Below, in pieces: positions 48,517 to 61,390 of a DNA stretch of 64,000 bases. The DNA is taken from contig CM059432.1 in NCBI GenBank assembly GCA_030390025.1, positions 137,580,001-137,644,000 on the forward strand, given 5' to 3'. Under the pieces are notes generated by a model. That model worked only from the letters and a program-made list of their open reading frames with translations, made no database searches and was not told the origin of the DNA. A program made the position numbers and the translations under genes. The stretch comes from Squalus acanthias (Eukaryota). Numbering within the stretch: position 1 is the stretch's first letter; every line of letters starts with the position of its first letter.

Positions 48517-50240
48517 ATCCACATCAACGAGTGCAGCAGAAAGGAATGCTTCAAAAATGAAAAAGATCCTTGCTCGGTGTCGTATATTAACAGTCTTATC
48601 ACTTCAAGAATTAACTAGCATTTACTCCGCCCCTCAAAAAAAATGACTGGCATACAAATATGATCCATTACTGATCAGGCTTATAGCCTGCTGCTCTTAA
48701 TACAAAGTTGCTTGGTTTAAATTATCTGTTTTCATCTTTTATTTAAATTTCTTAATTTGAACCACTGGATAACATGAGCAAAAAGTGATTTTGAATTAAC
48801 GGGAGTAGACTGTATGAACTGTATGTTAAATGGAATGTTTTATTACTTACACTTGCTCCCATTGTTAAGTTATTATAATGGTCTTAAACACTTGAGATGT
48901 GAAGCGCCAATGTTCTTAAAACTTTTTTTTCAATGGCCTTTTCTATGGATATAGTAATAAGGAACCTAATGTTTTACAATGAAGTTTATTGCATCGTAAC
49001 ACAGACATGGCTGTTGTCCTCTACATCCTATTAGCAGAGATTACTGTAAAAGAATATTAAGACAATTGCTAATGTTTTACTAAACATATTAGCACTGTGT
49101 TTAAAAAAAAAAAGTTGTCTGGCCTTTGCTATGCAGATCAATAAACTCCATTTTGAACACAAATGCCATTGGTTGCTTGCGCCCAAAGAAACTGTTCAAT
49201 AGCACAGTGTGTATTAAAACTGCAGAAACATTCTCCACACACACACCATGTAAACCTGATGGTGGTGCAATGAAGATAAGCAGCAGTACGTGTTGTGAAG
49301 CTGTGAACACCAAGGGTATTACACTAACCTGAATTTCATGAAAAGGTTACCGGTAAAAGCTATAACCTGAAACTAACGCTAACTCTCAGCACTGAGAACG
49401 ATTGTTTGATGAACTAAATTCCATGGGTATGGGCACAGACCCTTCCTATGCGAGTGCTCTTTTGAATTGCACTGTTCTTGTAACTGAAATAATATTTTAT
49501 TACCTTTATACTTACACATTTGTATCCCATATTGTTTTCTTTGTCCTCTCAAAAGTAATGGTGGCTACTAGTACATAAAATGGCAACTTTACACTCACCA
49601 GAACCTTGAGGTGACAGTGCTCAATTCTTTCATCTCTTGCATGCGATAACTGGCATTCACATCCCCAAACATCCGTCACGAGGGGGAATGCCTCTGTACT
49701 TGTGAACAATGCTAATGCGCCATGTACACATACCAAGAATACAACACAAAAGAAAACCCCCAAATATTTTAATGATAGAATAATCTTAGTATTCCACTCG
49801 TAGTGCCAGATATTTTCTACTGGAGACGCAGAACAAATGCAAACCACCCCCAACCCCACCCCCCCCAGCCCCCCAGCACTGAATCCTGCTGCTACTGTTG
49901 CTTTCAATTAGAAATGTTTCTTCTGTCATCTGTGATTTAGTATCCAGTGAATGACGTGAAACGCGCTCCAGCTACCATCTGCTCTTTTCACATTCTCTAA
50001 TTGGTTCTGCCGAAAAAGCACAGGCAGGTGGATGTGGAGAGTTATTAACAACGTTGGTTTTCCAATATATTGCCAGTTTATGTATGGTAACATGCTTATA
50101 GAGAATACATACTAGGAAAAGCTGAATGAACATGTGTGACCAAGTGTTGTTTCTGAATGTATATGTAAAAAAAATAATGCACCTAAACACTCCGTGTTTG
50201 TCCGTGTTAAAATAAAGTTACAATTATAATTCAATTGCAA
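48517..50240 (+). other. MBP: MBP 3'UTR (approximate end)
   Basis: Repeat-free AT-rich stretch after the stop; AATAAA at 50211-50216; ACTAAC motifs at 49323 and 49372. Confidence 0.7.
50211..50216 (+). promoter_or_regulatory. Probable MBP polyadenylation signal AATAAA
   Basis: Canonical hexamer ~1.7 kb after the stop, with a T/GT-rich stretch (ttattttgtatgtttg) shortly downstream. Confidence 0.65.
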
Positions 50241-51299
50241 AGATCGTTAAGGTCAGTTATTTTGTATGTTTGATGCAAAAACTCACACAATCAGGGGATC
50301 AGTCTTATAATATACTGGGATTTTCACAAGGCAAAAGTTCCACATCTGACTTTTAAATAAGGCTCTGTCTATGGAATTGATGCCAGCCACTGCAAGCTAG
50401 AGGGAAATCCATGTGGCCTTGGCTGTAGAGGAAGAACTCAATGAGGCTGATCCACAGTCAGACTGGTGCGGCAAGGAGTGATTGACAGGACTTGGCACTT
50501 AAAAGCAGCCCTTAAGCCTCTCCATGAACAGCCGTATGGTCCTCCCTACAACACACTGGCTCCTTCCCAGCATGATAGCTTGAACCGCCCCTGGAGCTGC
50601 CACTTGCATCGCGGTGCTTTCTTAAAATGTCAAAGCAGCACTGCTGCCTGTTCTCCACCATTCCCTGCAGAGTGCACTCAACATTCTCAAAGCACTGTGG
50701 CTACTGATTAATCACTGCAGAAGAATAGGCCGTCACCCCAGGGCAAGTTCTCATCTATCTCTCCTCCTGCCATACTCTACGGAGGACTAGGGGCCAGATC
50801 CCTGGCTGTCACTAAAGTGCACAAAGCCAACTTATTGAGGTGCTCTCAGGCCAATCCTCTAGCCTCTTTTTCCCAGGTGAGTGAGTCTCCTGTAGCATAG
50901 GGCCCCTGGGTCGCAACAGTGACAGGCACAGTGTTGGTAAGTAAAAACAGATCAACGCTTGGGCGTCTGAGGGGCTACCCTGGAATTGCCACTTGTGCCA
51001 TGGTGCTCAACAGATTCCCAGAACCCTCTCGCGTGTTCACACAACCATCACAACAGCATTGCTGCATGTTCTCCACCATTCCATGCCGAGCTCTTAAGAT
51101 TTTCGAAGGACTGCACCTACATAAGCATATTCCTAAATGGATTAACAAACAACTTAAGTGAAGTAGAGGGAAAAAAAACAAGCTCTACAAATCCTACAGG
51201 GAGAAAGGGGAAGGAGTTCACAGGGATGGAAATAGGAACATGCAGAACATGTTAAAAGGGTGACCAGAGACCCAGAAGAGTATTGCTGCAGATACAATA

Positions 51300-52730
51300 C
51301 ATAATAAGAACTTTCAGTACTACACAGGTAAAAGAGGTGAGAACCACAAAAAATGCAAACAGGCTTGTAAGAGATGATGAGCCCAAGGTGGTAAATATTC
51401 TAAATGATTACTTTCTCCAAGTACTCAGAAGCTAAAAGGTCTCAATTTTCATGGAAAGATGTTATTTAACCTCAGAGTGGTAAGATTTTGTGAGACTATA
51501 ACAATCATTATGACACTGGAGAGATACTAGTATAGAATCTTACTACACAGAATGAGGCCATTTGGCCCAGCGTGCCTGTGCTGGCTCTTTGAAAGAGCTA
51601 TCCAATTAGTCCCACTCCCCTGCTCTTTCCCCATAGCCCAGCAAATTTTTCCTTTTCAAATCCGTAGATTGAAATCAAGTCAATATGGTGCCGATATTCA
51701 AGAATGCAACAAAACAGGCTTACCCAATAGTCTTTCTTTCATTCCATGTAAAATAATGAAATCAATTATCAGGAGTACTCAAGGGGAGGATCCTTGACGT
51801 CTTTGAGGAATTGACAACCCAAGTGGACTGTGGAAAGCCCTACAAGGTGATGTAACAAGACTTCCCAAAGTTCCACATGAAAGGCTTCAGTTGAGCTGAC
51901 TGAAGGGTAGAAAACATTGCTACAAGAGTTATGCCAAAGTGGAGAATGGAAATATTGAGTTGAGTACCCAGGGATCGGTGTAGGAACCACTATAGTTTCT
52001 TATTTATGTCAATGATTGGCTTCGGAAGTTCAAGGCAAATTGGATAAATCTAGAGTTGATAGCAAACTAGATGGGGCAGTGGAATTGGAGGAGGCAGCTC
52101 AGAAATTACAGAATCAGTTGGACAAAATATGGTACAATAATTTCATGTAGATGTGTGTAAAACACTGCACACAAGATGGAAAAATGGTGGCAATAGTCCA
52201 TGAATGGTGTTGAAATACCCGAGGATGAAGTTGAAAGAGACCTAGAAGTCCTAGTAGATTTGACACTCAACATGTCCAACCAATGTAGAGCAGCAGAGAC
52301 GAGGGAGACATTCTGCTGCTAGAGTTAGTGCAGAGAAGAACTTTGAGGTTAATCAGCGGTGTCAGAGATATAACAAAAAAACTGTTGAAAATTGGGTTTT
52401 TCATACTTGATAAAAGGCATGGGAGAGCCAACCATATAGAGGTATACAAGATAGTAAATGTTACAGGAAAGTTAAATCTGGAAAATTAATTTAAAGTAAA
52501 CTGCAAGGCGAAGACACGGAGACATAGGTTATAAATAGCAAAAGGGAAATTTAGGAATGATCTCAGGAAGTTCTTCTTCATACAAAGAGTGATCAATACA
52601 TGAAATGGACTCGTGGATAGAGCAGTGGAGGTGGAACCCTTAGAATTAGTTAATGGCTGCTACAATGGAGTGACTTTAGGATCTTTCTGGATGGATGAAC
52701 TGATAGGTTTGAATGACTTTCCGTAGTCAT
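51300..52730 (+). mobile_element. Highly degraded CR1-like LINE
   Basis: Remnant RT-like and 3' 'ttcttcatacaaagagtgatcaatacatg' segments. Confidence 0.55.
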
Positions 52731-52899
52731 CTTGTGATAGTGAACACTAACATCTTGTGATAGTGAACACTAACACTTTGTGTGTGTAATTTTGGAGTAT
52801 CTCAACAAATGTAAAGATTCTTTGTGAGCATAATGATGAAAAACAAGTGCCTGAAATTTCCACAGGAGTTCTCCCTGTGACTCCAAGCATTAGACCATG

Positions 52900-53262
52900 A
52901 GCAGAGATTACATAAACTAGGCTTGTATTCCCTGGAATATAGAAGGTAAAGGGGTGATTTAATGCAAATTTAGAGGATTTTGGAAGGAATTGATAGGGTA
53001 GATAGATAGGAACCTTTTTCCACTGGCAGGGAGTGTAGGACAAGGGGACATAACCTTAAAATCAGAGCTAGGCCATTCAGGAGAGAAGTTAGGAAACACT
53101 TCTTCACGCAAAGGTGGTAGAAGTGTGGAACTCTCTCCCACAAAAAGCAGATGATGAGAGCTCACCTAATCATTTTAACTCTGAGATCGATAGATTTTTC
53201 CTAGCCAAGGGTATTAAGGGGATATGGAACCAAGGCAGGTGGATGGAGTTAGGATACAGATC
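52900..53262 (+). mobile_element. CR1-like 3' fragment
   Basis: aggacaaggggacataacc...ttcttcacgcaaagg...tggaactctctccc family motif. Confidence 0.8.
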
Positions 53263-53829
53263 AGTAAAAATGTTTGTTTTTTGGTTGAGATCGTTCCCAA
53301 TGATGTAGTAAGAACATTGATCGGTGCAGTACTGGTTCATACTGACCAGAATGTACTGGGATCGACACGCACTCTGTACTGAGTTAGCTGATAGTTTGGG
53401 GAGGGGGGGGGTGGGTGGTGAAGGGGTTGCCACAATTGGGCTGAGTGCCTCTGACCTAGGGATGGGGAGAGGAATCTTAAAAAAATTAGCTAGGGCTCCA
53501 ACTTCTAATATGCACTTTACAACCTTCCAGACTCGACACTGATTTCAATAACTTCAGATCATAACCACCGCTCCCAATTTCTTGGACAGCAGCTGCTGGT
53601 TATGGTTCTGTTGTTGCCATTTACATGGGGGTGGGAGGTGGGGGAGGGTTCAGGTGGAAATTATAGTACAAATAGTAGTTCAAAAACAAATGAAAGGGAA
53701 GAGAGTAGAGTAACAGTCAGAAATTGTGCTTTAGGCACCACAGGTAAAGGGAAAACTAAAAGATGTAAAGCGATTAAACCAGGAGAAATAAGAAACATGT
53801 GAGTAAAACATCAGAGCTGAAGGACAGGT

Positions 53830-56180
53830 TAGGGTGTGCGGCCCAAATAAGCGTTCTTTATACAAACGCACGGAGTATAAGAAATAAACTGAATGAACTG
53901 CAGGCGCAAATTCAAATTGGAGGGTATGACATGGTAGCCATTACTGAGACATGGCTGCAAGACAGTCAGGACTGGGAACTAAATATACCAGGTTATAAGG
54001 TCTACAGGAAAGATAGTGAAATGGTAGAGGGGGAGGTGTAGCCTGAGTGATTAAGGATGAAATCACTTCAATGATGAGAGAGGATATAAGGAGAAGTAAG
54101 CAGGCAGTGGAGACTTTATGGGTAGAATTAAGAAATAGGAAAGGATTTAAGACTGTCAGAAAGGTAGTGAATTTATTGAGTGTGTCCGGGATAGTTTTCT
54201 GCAACAATATGTCCTCGAGGCAAAAAGGGGCAAGCCATATTAGATTTAGTAATGAGCCAGATTTAGTTAACAGCTTAATTGTGCGTCAACATTTATCCAA
54301 TAGCGATCATAGCATGATCGAGTTCAACGTAGCGTTTGAAAGGGAGAAATGCGAAATAGCTACTAAGATTCTAGATTTGGGGAAGGCCGACTTCAACGGG
54401 ATGAGGCAGACACTGTCCACAGTAAACTGGGCAAATCTGTTACTGGGTAAAATGACAGAAGATCAGTGGGAGATGTTCAAAAAAGAATTTAATGTGATAC
54501 AGAACCAGTTTGTACTCCTGAGGGGCAAGAGATCTACTTGCCAAAAAATCACAGCCATGGACGACTAAAGAGGTAAGGGACAGCATAAAACTAAAAGAAG
54601 AAGCGTACAAAAATGCAAAAAATAGCACAGATCCTGGCGAATGGGAAAGATACAAACAGCAAAGGGTCACAAAACAGATAGTAAGAGCCACAAAAAGGGA
54701 GTCATAGAGTCATAACGGCACAGAAGGCGCCATTCGGCCCATCGAGTCCTTGCCGGCTCTCTGTAGAGCAATCCAGTCAGTCCCATTCCCCCTGCTCTAT
54801 CCCCGTAGCCCTGCAAGTTTATTTCCCTCAAGTGCCTATCCAGTCTCCCCTTGAAAACATTGAGTGTCCCCGCTTCCACCACTTCCGTTGGCAGCGAGTT
54901 CCAGGTCCTCCCCACTCGCTGCGTAAAAAAGTTTTTCCTCACATCCCCCCTGTACCTCTTGCCCAAAACCTTAAATCTGTGTCCCCTAGTCCTTGTACCA
55001 TCAACGAGTGGGAACAGCCTTTCCCCATCTAGCCTATCCAAACCCTGTCATAATCTTGTACACCTCCATCAAATCACCCCTCAACCTCCTTTGCTCTAAT
55101 GAAAACAAATCCAGCTTCTCCAACCTGTCCTTGTAGCTAAGATCCCCCATCCCCGGAACCATTCTGGTAAATCCTCTGCACCCTCTCAAGGGCCTTCACA
55201 TCCTTCTTAAAGTGTGGTGACCAGAACTGGATGCAATACTGCCAGTTGTGGCCTAACCAGCTTAGATGATGGCATAGAAAGTCATATATCCAAATTTGCC
55301 GATGACACAAAGATAGGTGGCATTGTAGATGAAAGCATAAAATTACAAAGGGGTATTGATAGATTAAGTGAATGGGCAAAACTGTGGCAAAGGGATTTCA
55401 ATGTTGGCAAATGTGAGGTCATCCACTTTGGACCTAAAAAGGATAGAACAGAGTACTTTCGAAATGGTGAAAAACTAAAAACAGTGGAGGTCCAAAGAGA
55501 CTTGGGGGTCCAGGTACATAGATCATTAAAATGTCATGAACAGGTACAGAAAATAAACAAAAAGGCTAATGGAATGCTGCCCTTTTTATCTAGAGAACTA
55601 GAATACAAGGGGGGTAGAAGTTATGCTGCAGCTATACAAAGCCCTGGTTAGACCACACCTGGAGTACTGTGAGCAGTTCTGGGCAACCACACCTTAGGAA
55701 GGATATATTGGCCTTGGAGGGAGTGCAGCGTAGGTTTACCAGAATGATACCCAGACTTCAAGGGTTAAGTTACGAGGAGTGATTACACAAATTAGGGTCG
55801 TATTCCCTAGAATTTAAAGGTTAAGGGTGATTTGATCAAAGTTTAAGATATTAAGGGGAACAGATAGGGTAGATAGAGAGAAACTATTTCCGCTGGTTGG
55901 GGATTCTAGGACTGGGGGCATAGTCTAAAAGTTAGAGCCAGACCTTTCAGGAGTGAAATTAGGAAACACTTCTACACACAAAGGGTGGTAGAAATTTGGA
56001 ACTCTCTTCTACAAACGGCAATTGGTGCTAGATCAATTGTTAATTTTAAATCTGAGATTGATAGCTTTCTGTTAACCAAAGGTATTAAGGGATATGGGCC
56101 AAAGGCAGGGAGATGGAGTTAAATTGCAGATCAGCCATGATCTCAATGAATGGCGAAAGAGGCTCGAGGGGCTGAATGGT
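53830..56180 (+). mobile_element. Degenerate CR1-like LINE (APE endonuclease, RT and 3' tail; internally deleted)
   Basis: LYTNARSIRNK...AITETWL and SDH motifs (endonuclease); ISKFADDTKIGG (RT); CR1-type 3' end. Confidence 0.9.
54700..55260 (-). mobile_element. Antisense CR1-like 3' fragment nested in the larger CR1
   Basis: Minus ORFs TRTRGHRFK...FFTQRV...WNSLP and YCIQFWSPHFKKDVKALERVQR. Confidence 0.85.
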
Positions 56181-56199
56181 CTATTCCTGTTCCTATGTT

Positions 56200-56480
56200 C
56201 CTCTAGACCCATCTTTTGTGTCTTCACTTGTTCCATTACCTTGCACCATCATCCGTTTTGTCATTTAATCACTCCTGCCTTCCGCCCTATCACAGACCAT
56301 CCCTCTTGTTCTTTCCCCCCCCCTTTTCCCCTGGCTCTGTACTTGCCTATAAACTGTTAAATCTCTAACTTATCTGGGTTCTGATGAAAGGTCATCGACC
56401 TGAAACGTTAACTCGGTTTCTCTCTCCACAGCTGCTGCCGGACCTGCTGAGTGTTTCCAGCATTGTCGGTTTTTATTTCT
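56200..56480 (+). mobile_element. Penelope-type terminal repeat
   Basis: Same family as 47172-47405 and 40700-40968. Confidence 0.75.
56376..56414 (+). ncRNA. Minimal type I hammerhead ribozyme motif (PLE-associated)
   Basis: GGGTT CTGATGA A AGGTC-ATC-GACCT GAAA CGT T AACTC; 5-bp helix I with one G-U pair. Confidence 0.65.
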
Positions 56481-56739
56481 AATCTCTACCTGTTGATTCT
56501 GCTGGAAAGTCTTCCGCAGTCAAACAGCCTGCTGGCTTACTAAACTCACTGTCTGGCTCGTACATGATGAATAATCATTTGACCAAAGTGCTCATGGAAC
56601 GTTACCCCCAGCAAAGATCAGCACATCCAGAAGAACAAATTGGGAAATATAAATGGATTTTCCTACAAACGAACTGCAACTGCAGCACTCAGAGTTATTA
56701 CCCACTTGAAATAATAAAAAACACACAAAACTGGTTATT

Positions 56740-57985
56740 AAAAACCAATAGTATTATTATTTGAAATATCTTGATTTAAATACATTACATGTACTTACAA
56801 AAAAGAAAAATGTCCCTTGTGTCACAAATTATACAATCTATATACAAAGCACTTAAATCGATCAAACAAAAAAAGCTCCATCGGAGAGGGATGAAAAGTT
56901 CATCTTTTGATCATCGTTCAAGATGCTTTTTAGTTATATTTACATGCAACCAGTTTTTACAAATGTCACAGATTTTTTACAGTATGTTCCATCAAAGTCA
57001 AATAAGAAAAATGATGCACAAGGTTTATATCGGGGGGAAAATTAACACTTGTTATATAATACAATGAGAAAAATACAATACTGAGAGAAGTGCCCATGTA
57101 GTAACAGTGCAAACCGAAAATACCTTAGCCGTAGAATGCAGACAATATATACAAGTCCCTGATCTGGAGACTATAGTTTTATCAAATGCACAAAATGTTG
57201 TGCTACATATGTAAAGTGGGGAACAACTACAAAAATAATCTTTGGAATGCAACAAAATTCACCCTTACACAATCGGCCGATTATTTTGATACATGGAATA
57301 ATTATATATTCTGAAAGACAGTCACACTAGTGGCAAGTCATAACACTACAGGCAAGTTAAAATGCTCTGAGTAACTACCAGGCAGATCAGAATTAAAAGT
57401 TCTCTGGAAACATGGCAGCCAATTTGCTCTGGTGGCGGCAGAGCCATGAAACGGTCAGTTGATGGGAGATGTGCAGCAAGGCTCCCCCATTGTGCAACAT
57501 TCTAAATGAGCAATCAGGCCAATTGTAATTTAAGTCTGCAGTGCTACTCTTGATACCACAGCAGTAACTGCTCCCTGCACAGCAGGAATGAATCTAGGTT
57601 TCCTTCGCAACCGATCTTCAAAATGGATTGTGTGGACAGTACACCTCATTTATGCTGCATTTTCCTGAACTTGTAGGTCATCCACTTTTGCTTCAGAATA
57701 CCATTTAGCATTGCATGCTGGCTACACATACAGTACTTCATGATTTTAGCCCTTTATAGCTCAAGGTCAATTCCTTGTTTTAATCGTTGACTCATACTTT
57801 GACACGGGTAAACAAACCTGGTGGCACTTTATAACTTTTTGCATGACCCAGGTGTGGTACCTTGTTGAAGGAAGGTCAGTAGAAATAATTCCACATATAG
57901 GAAACGTTTGTTTTAATGAGTACTAAAAACTTAATTTCTTGCACTCAAGTGTGTATTGGGGGGGGGGAGGGGGTGGGGAAATAAG
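56740..57985 (-). other. ZNF236: ZNF236 3'UTR (approximate end)
   Basis: Repeat-free, U/TGTA-rich on the minus strand downstream of the stop; no canonical AATAAA seen, so the end is uncertain. Confidence 0.55.
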
Positions 57986-58116
57986 TTAGCGGAATACATT
58001 TGCTATCCTACAGTGCCATTCATTGGAGGATTCTGGGACAACTTCCACCAGGTCAAGACCACGGCTTGCATCATCTCCTTCTTGTTCTTGGCTACTTCCT
58101 GTGTCCTGACCACTGC
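57986..58116 (-). CDS. ZNF236: ZNF236 last coding exon
   Basis: ttttgttcctacag| acceptor, phase 1; reads (G)SGQDTGSSQEQEGDDASRGLDLVEVVPESSNEWHCRIANVFR*, similar to the mammalian tail (…EQDGEELSRTLHLEEVV…EW…VF). Confidence 0.88.
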
Positions 58117-58291
58117 CTGTAGGAACAAAAAAAAAATGAAAATCTTTCAACTCAAAGAATTATTAGATGTTTCAACCCCCTCCCCCCCAAAAAAGCTTAT
58201 TAATTATGTACAACTTCCAACATTGTAGTTAAGTACACTTTCCCCTGCTAAGGCAGGTCAGTTCATATCTTTCATTATATTTCTCTACACT

Positions 58292-58938
58292 GGGGGGAAG
58301 AAATTGGTTTTGTGGCGGTTTCTGGCGCAAAGACGATGGTGTGCCTTGAAGGAAGGCCCGAGGCTCACTCCAAATTGGACCTTGGGCCTCATTTCCACAT
58401 TACTGGCGAGCTGCAGACACCAACTGGGTGTTGCTGGTCCGGGGGGCGTCCTGAAATCAGCCCACTTGGATGCCGAGTCAACCCACAGTTGAGCCCTGGG
58501 AGGGGTTGAGGCGAACGGGGGCGGGGGCGGAGAACGCAGGCTGATAGCGGCCCGCAGTATTGATGGGGTTCCTGCTCCTCCTGGCTCCGTGTTAAGGTAA
58601 CTGGAAAAAAAATGAAAAGATACCTGTTCTTCAGCGGCCCTTTCAGGACTGCTGGTTAGGGCCACAGTGACCCAGAAAGACCGAGTGGGGCATGCGCAGC
58701 ACATAGCCCGCCCAGTCTCTGGCCGAATTTGGCATTGGGGTCCTAAAGCAGGCGTTAGGCCCCTGATTAGCACATTCAAGAGACCCAACGCCTGTATTAG
58801 GTGGGTGCCCTGGGCACTTGGAAATAGCCTGCTGCCAAATTGGCAGCTGACGCACTTTCAGTGTGGTGGGGGGTTGAACAGATATTGCATCTGGAAATTG
58901 GTCCACCCCCCTGCATCCCCAACGTAAATTGTTCACCC
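58292..58938. mobile_element. Probable Harbinger-like non-autonomous element in the last ZNF236 intron
   Basis: GGGGGAAGAAATT start; GC/CpG-rich interior like the other TIR elements here; right end poorly defined. Confidence 0.45.
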
Positions 58939-59475
58939 AAAAAAAAGACGCAACAGAGACCACTTCCTTCCTCATTATTTTTACCCTATATATGTAAACA
59001 TGCACCAAATAACTTCAACGTGAAGGCTTCATCGCAGATTTGAAAGCAGCAGCAAAATTATTTTTGTAGCTGCAATTCCAGTTGGGAGATGATGATGTAA
59101 CATGTCCACTCAAGGAAACCCATTGTGGGATAAGCATAACAACGAATACGTAAATTACAATCCCAACTTATTTGTACTTTTATGTACATCCACGTATAAG
59201 AGACTGGAAGCCCTGGATGGGGCTTCCATGCTGCCAGTGTGGAAAGGATGAGTTTCTGGGGTTCGGGGTTATTTCAACTATTTTGCCATACACCGTGGCC
59301 TCCGACTGGGGAGCGGCCGGAGAGAGTTTTCAGCAGGTAAGGAGTCGAATCAGTCATCGCACAAGAGATTCACCTCTTGGCGATTTACCTTTTAAATACC
59401 CACCTTCCTCCACCTACTGTAACGTGAAAGTAGCATATGTACTTTTTTTGCAGTCGCAATCACTGTAACACTAAC

Positions 59476-59652
59476 CAGGAAAGCCGTGTGCCCTCTTCAT
59501 ATGTATCTTCATATTGCCTTTTTGTGTGAAAGAAATTCCGCAGTAGTCACACTTGTATGGTCTCTCACCAGTATGTTTCTTCATATGTACTTGTAGTGCA
59601 TTTTTTTGGTTGAAGGCTTTTTCACAGAGGTTGCACTGAAATGGTCGTTCAC
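59476..59652 (-). CDS. ZNF236: ZNF236 penultimate coding exon (two C2H2 zinc fingers)
   Basis: (G)[58 protein letters not shown] resembles the ZNF236 C-terminal fingers; ttttgcag| acceptor, CTG|gttagt donor, phase 1-1; ZNF236 is the known neighbour of MBP. Confidence 0.92.
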
Positions 59653-59747
59653 CTGCAAAATAGTGCAAATGTTTTCAGTTACAATGATCACGCTCAAATT
59701 TATTTAGATATTCTTACATGCTACATTTAAACTTCTGAAAAGAATAG

Positions 59748-60209
59748 AACGACTTGCATTTGTACAGCGCCTTTCACAACCACCGGACGTCCCAAAGCAC
59801 TTTACAGCCAATGAAGTACTTTCTGAAGTGGAGTCACTGTTGTAATGTAGGAAACGTGGCAGCTATTTGCACACAGCAAGCTCCCACAAATAGCAATGTG
59901 ATAATGACCAGTTTATCTGTTTTTAGTGATGTTGATTGAGGGATAAATATTGGCCAGGACACCGGGGAGAACTCCCCTGCTCTTCTTCAAAATAGTGCCA
60001 CAGGATCTTTTATGTTCACCGGAGAGGGAAGACGGGGCCCCGGTTTATGGTCTCACCCGAAAGGCGGCACCTCCGACAGTGCAGCACTCACTCAAGTACT
60101 GCACTGGAGTGTCAGCCTAGATTTTTGTGCTCAAGTCTCCGGAGTGGGACCTGAACCCACAACCTTCTGACTCAGAGGTGAGGGTGCTACCCACTGAGTC
60201 ACAGCTGAC
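59748..60209 (-). mobile_element. Deu-domain SINE (SacSINE1-like)
   Basis: Same family, near full length. Confidence 0.8.
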
Positions 60210-60965
60210 AACACCAGCAAGTTGAGCATAGCTTTGAAAGCTTCTGGTGAAAACACAAGCTAACCTTTATTACGTTCTGAAATTAAATCAATGTTCATGG
60301 GGAACTGGGTCCCAAAAGTATATTGGAGCACTGTCCTTTCCTCTTTTCCAAGTGGGCATTTAATCTACCGGAGCATGTCAGATGAAAGCTTCCTCCCCTC
60401 AATTCCCAAGCAGCAACCCAATTCTTAGCAAGTAATTTTACACTGATTAGAGTACGGTCTTTGCAGTCATCAATGTTGCAGTTTCTACGCACCATTAAAT
60501 AGCTATGTGAAATGTAGCATTCAAGTAAGTATCGATAAAGGATGGCATAGCAATGTAACAAGTTGGAGCTTTACAATCCTCTACATCGTTGAGTTCAGAC
60601 TACAGCTATGTCATTGTGCGGAAATATCAAATGGAGACCAGATACTTTCCACCCGAGGGAGGAACACAGAAGTTTGTTTACATAAAGGCCAAGCAATTTG
60701 TCGTAAAGATGGTGTTCCTAATAAAAAATGAACTTCTCCACTGATTCAAGAAATCATTGAAGTAGTAGCACACTTTTAATGGAAATTTTAACAAATGAAT
60801 GTGCAACAATGGCCAATGAGCATCCTGACTGGTATACATTCAAAAGTCTATCAGCACCAGAACTCAATAGTAAGCTTTTTGAGCACAAAGACCTAAGCAA
60901 CAGCAAGTAGTAAATATTCTAACAGTGCTTTGTGCTGGGAAAGTGGCTGATACTCACGCACCATT

Positions 60966-61390
60966 ATAGGAGCAGGAGTAGGCCATTCGACCCTTCGAGC
61001 CTGCTCCGCCATTCCTCTATCTCAATACCATATTCCCGCTCTCTCCCCATACCCCTTGATGCCTTTTATGTCTAGAAATCTATCTATCTCCTTCTTAAAT
61101 ATATTCAGTGACTTGGCCTCCACAGCCTTCTGTGGTAGAGAATTCCACAGGTTCACCACCCTCTGAGTGAAGAAATTTCTCCTCATCTCAGTCCTAAATG
61201 TCCTACCCCAGTACCCTGAGACTGTGACCCCTCGTTCTAGACCCCCCAGTCATGGGAAACATCCTCCCTGCATCCAGTCTGTCTAGCCGTCAGAATTTTA
61301 TACGTTTCAATGAGATCCCCGCTCATTCTTCTAAACTCTAGTGAATTATAGGCCTAGTCAACCCAATCTCTCTTCATACGACAGTCCTGT
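60966..61390 (-). mobile_element. CR1-like 3' fragment
   Basis: Closely similar to 32350-32790. Confidence 0.8.

Noticed and set aside
48293..48646. 117-aa ORF overlapping the last MBP exon
   Set aside because: Starts in repeat sequence and reads the exon in a different frame; no homology recognised.
48517..50240. Mammalian A2RE/RTS (GCCAAGGAGCC) RNA transport element in the MBP 3'UTR
   Set aside because: No recognisable match by eye; a diverged version cannot be excluded.
52729..52773. 23-bp tandem duplication (also a 16-bp one at ~10681)
   Set aside because: Simple local duplications at or within repeats; no functional indication.
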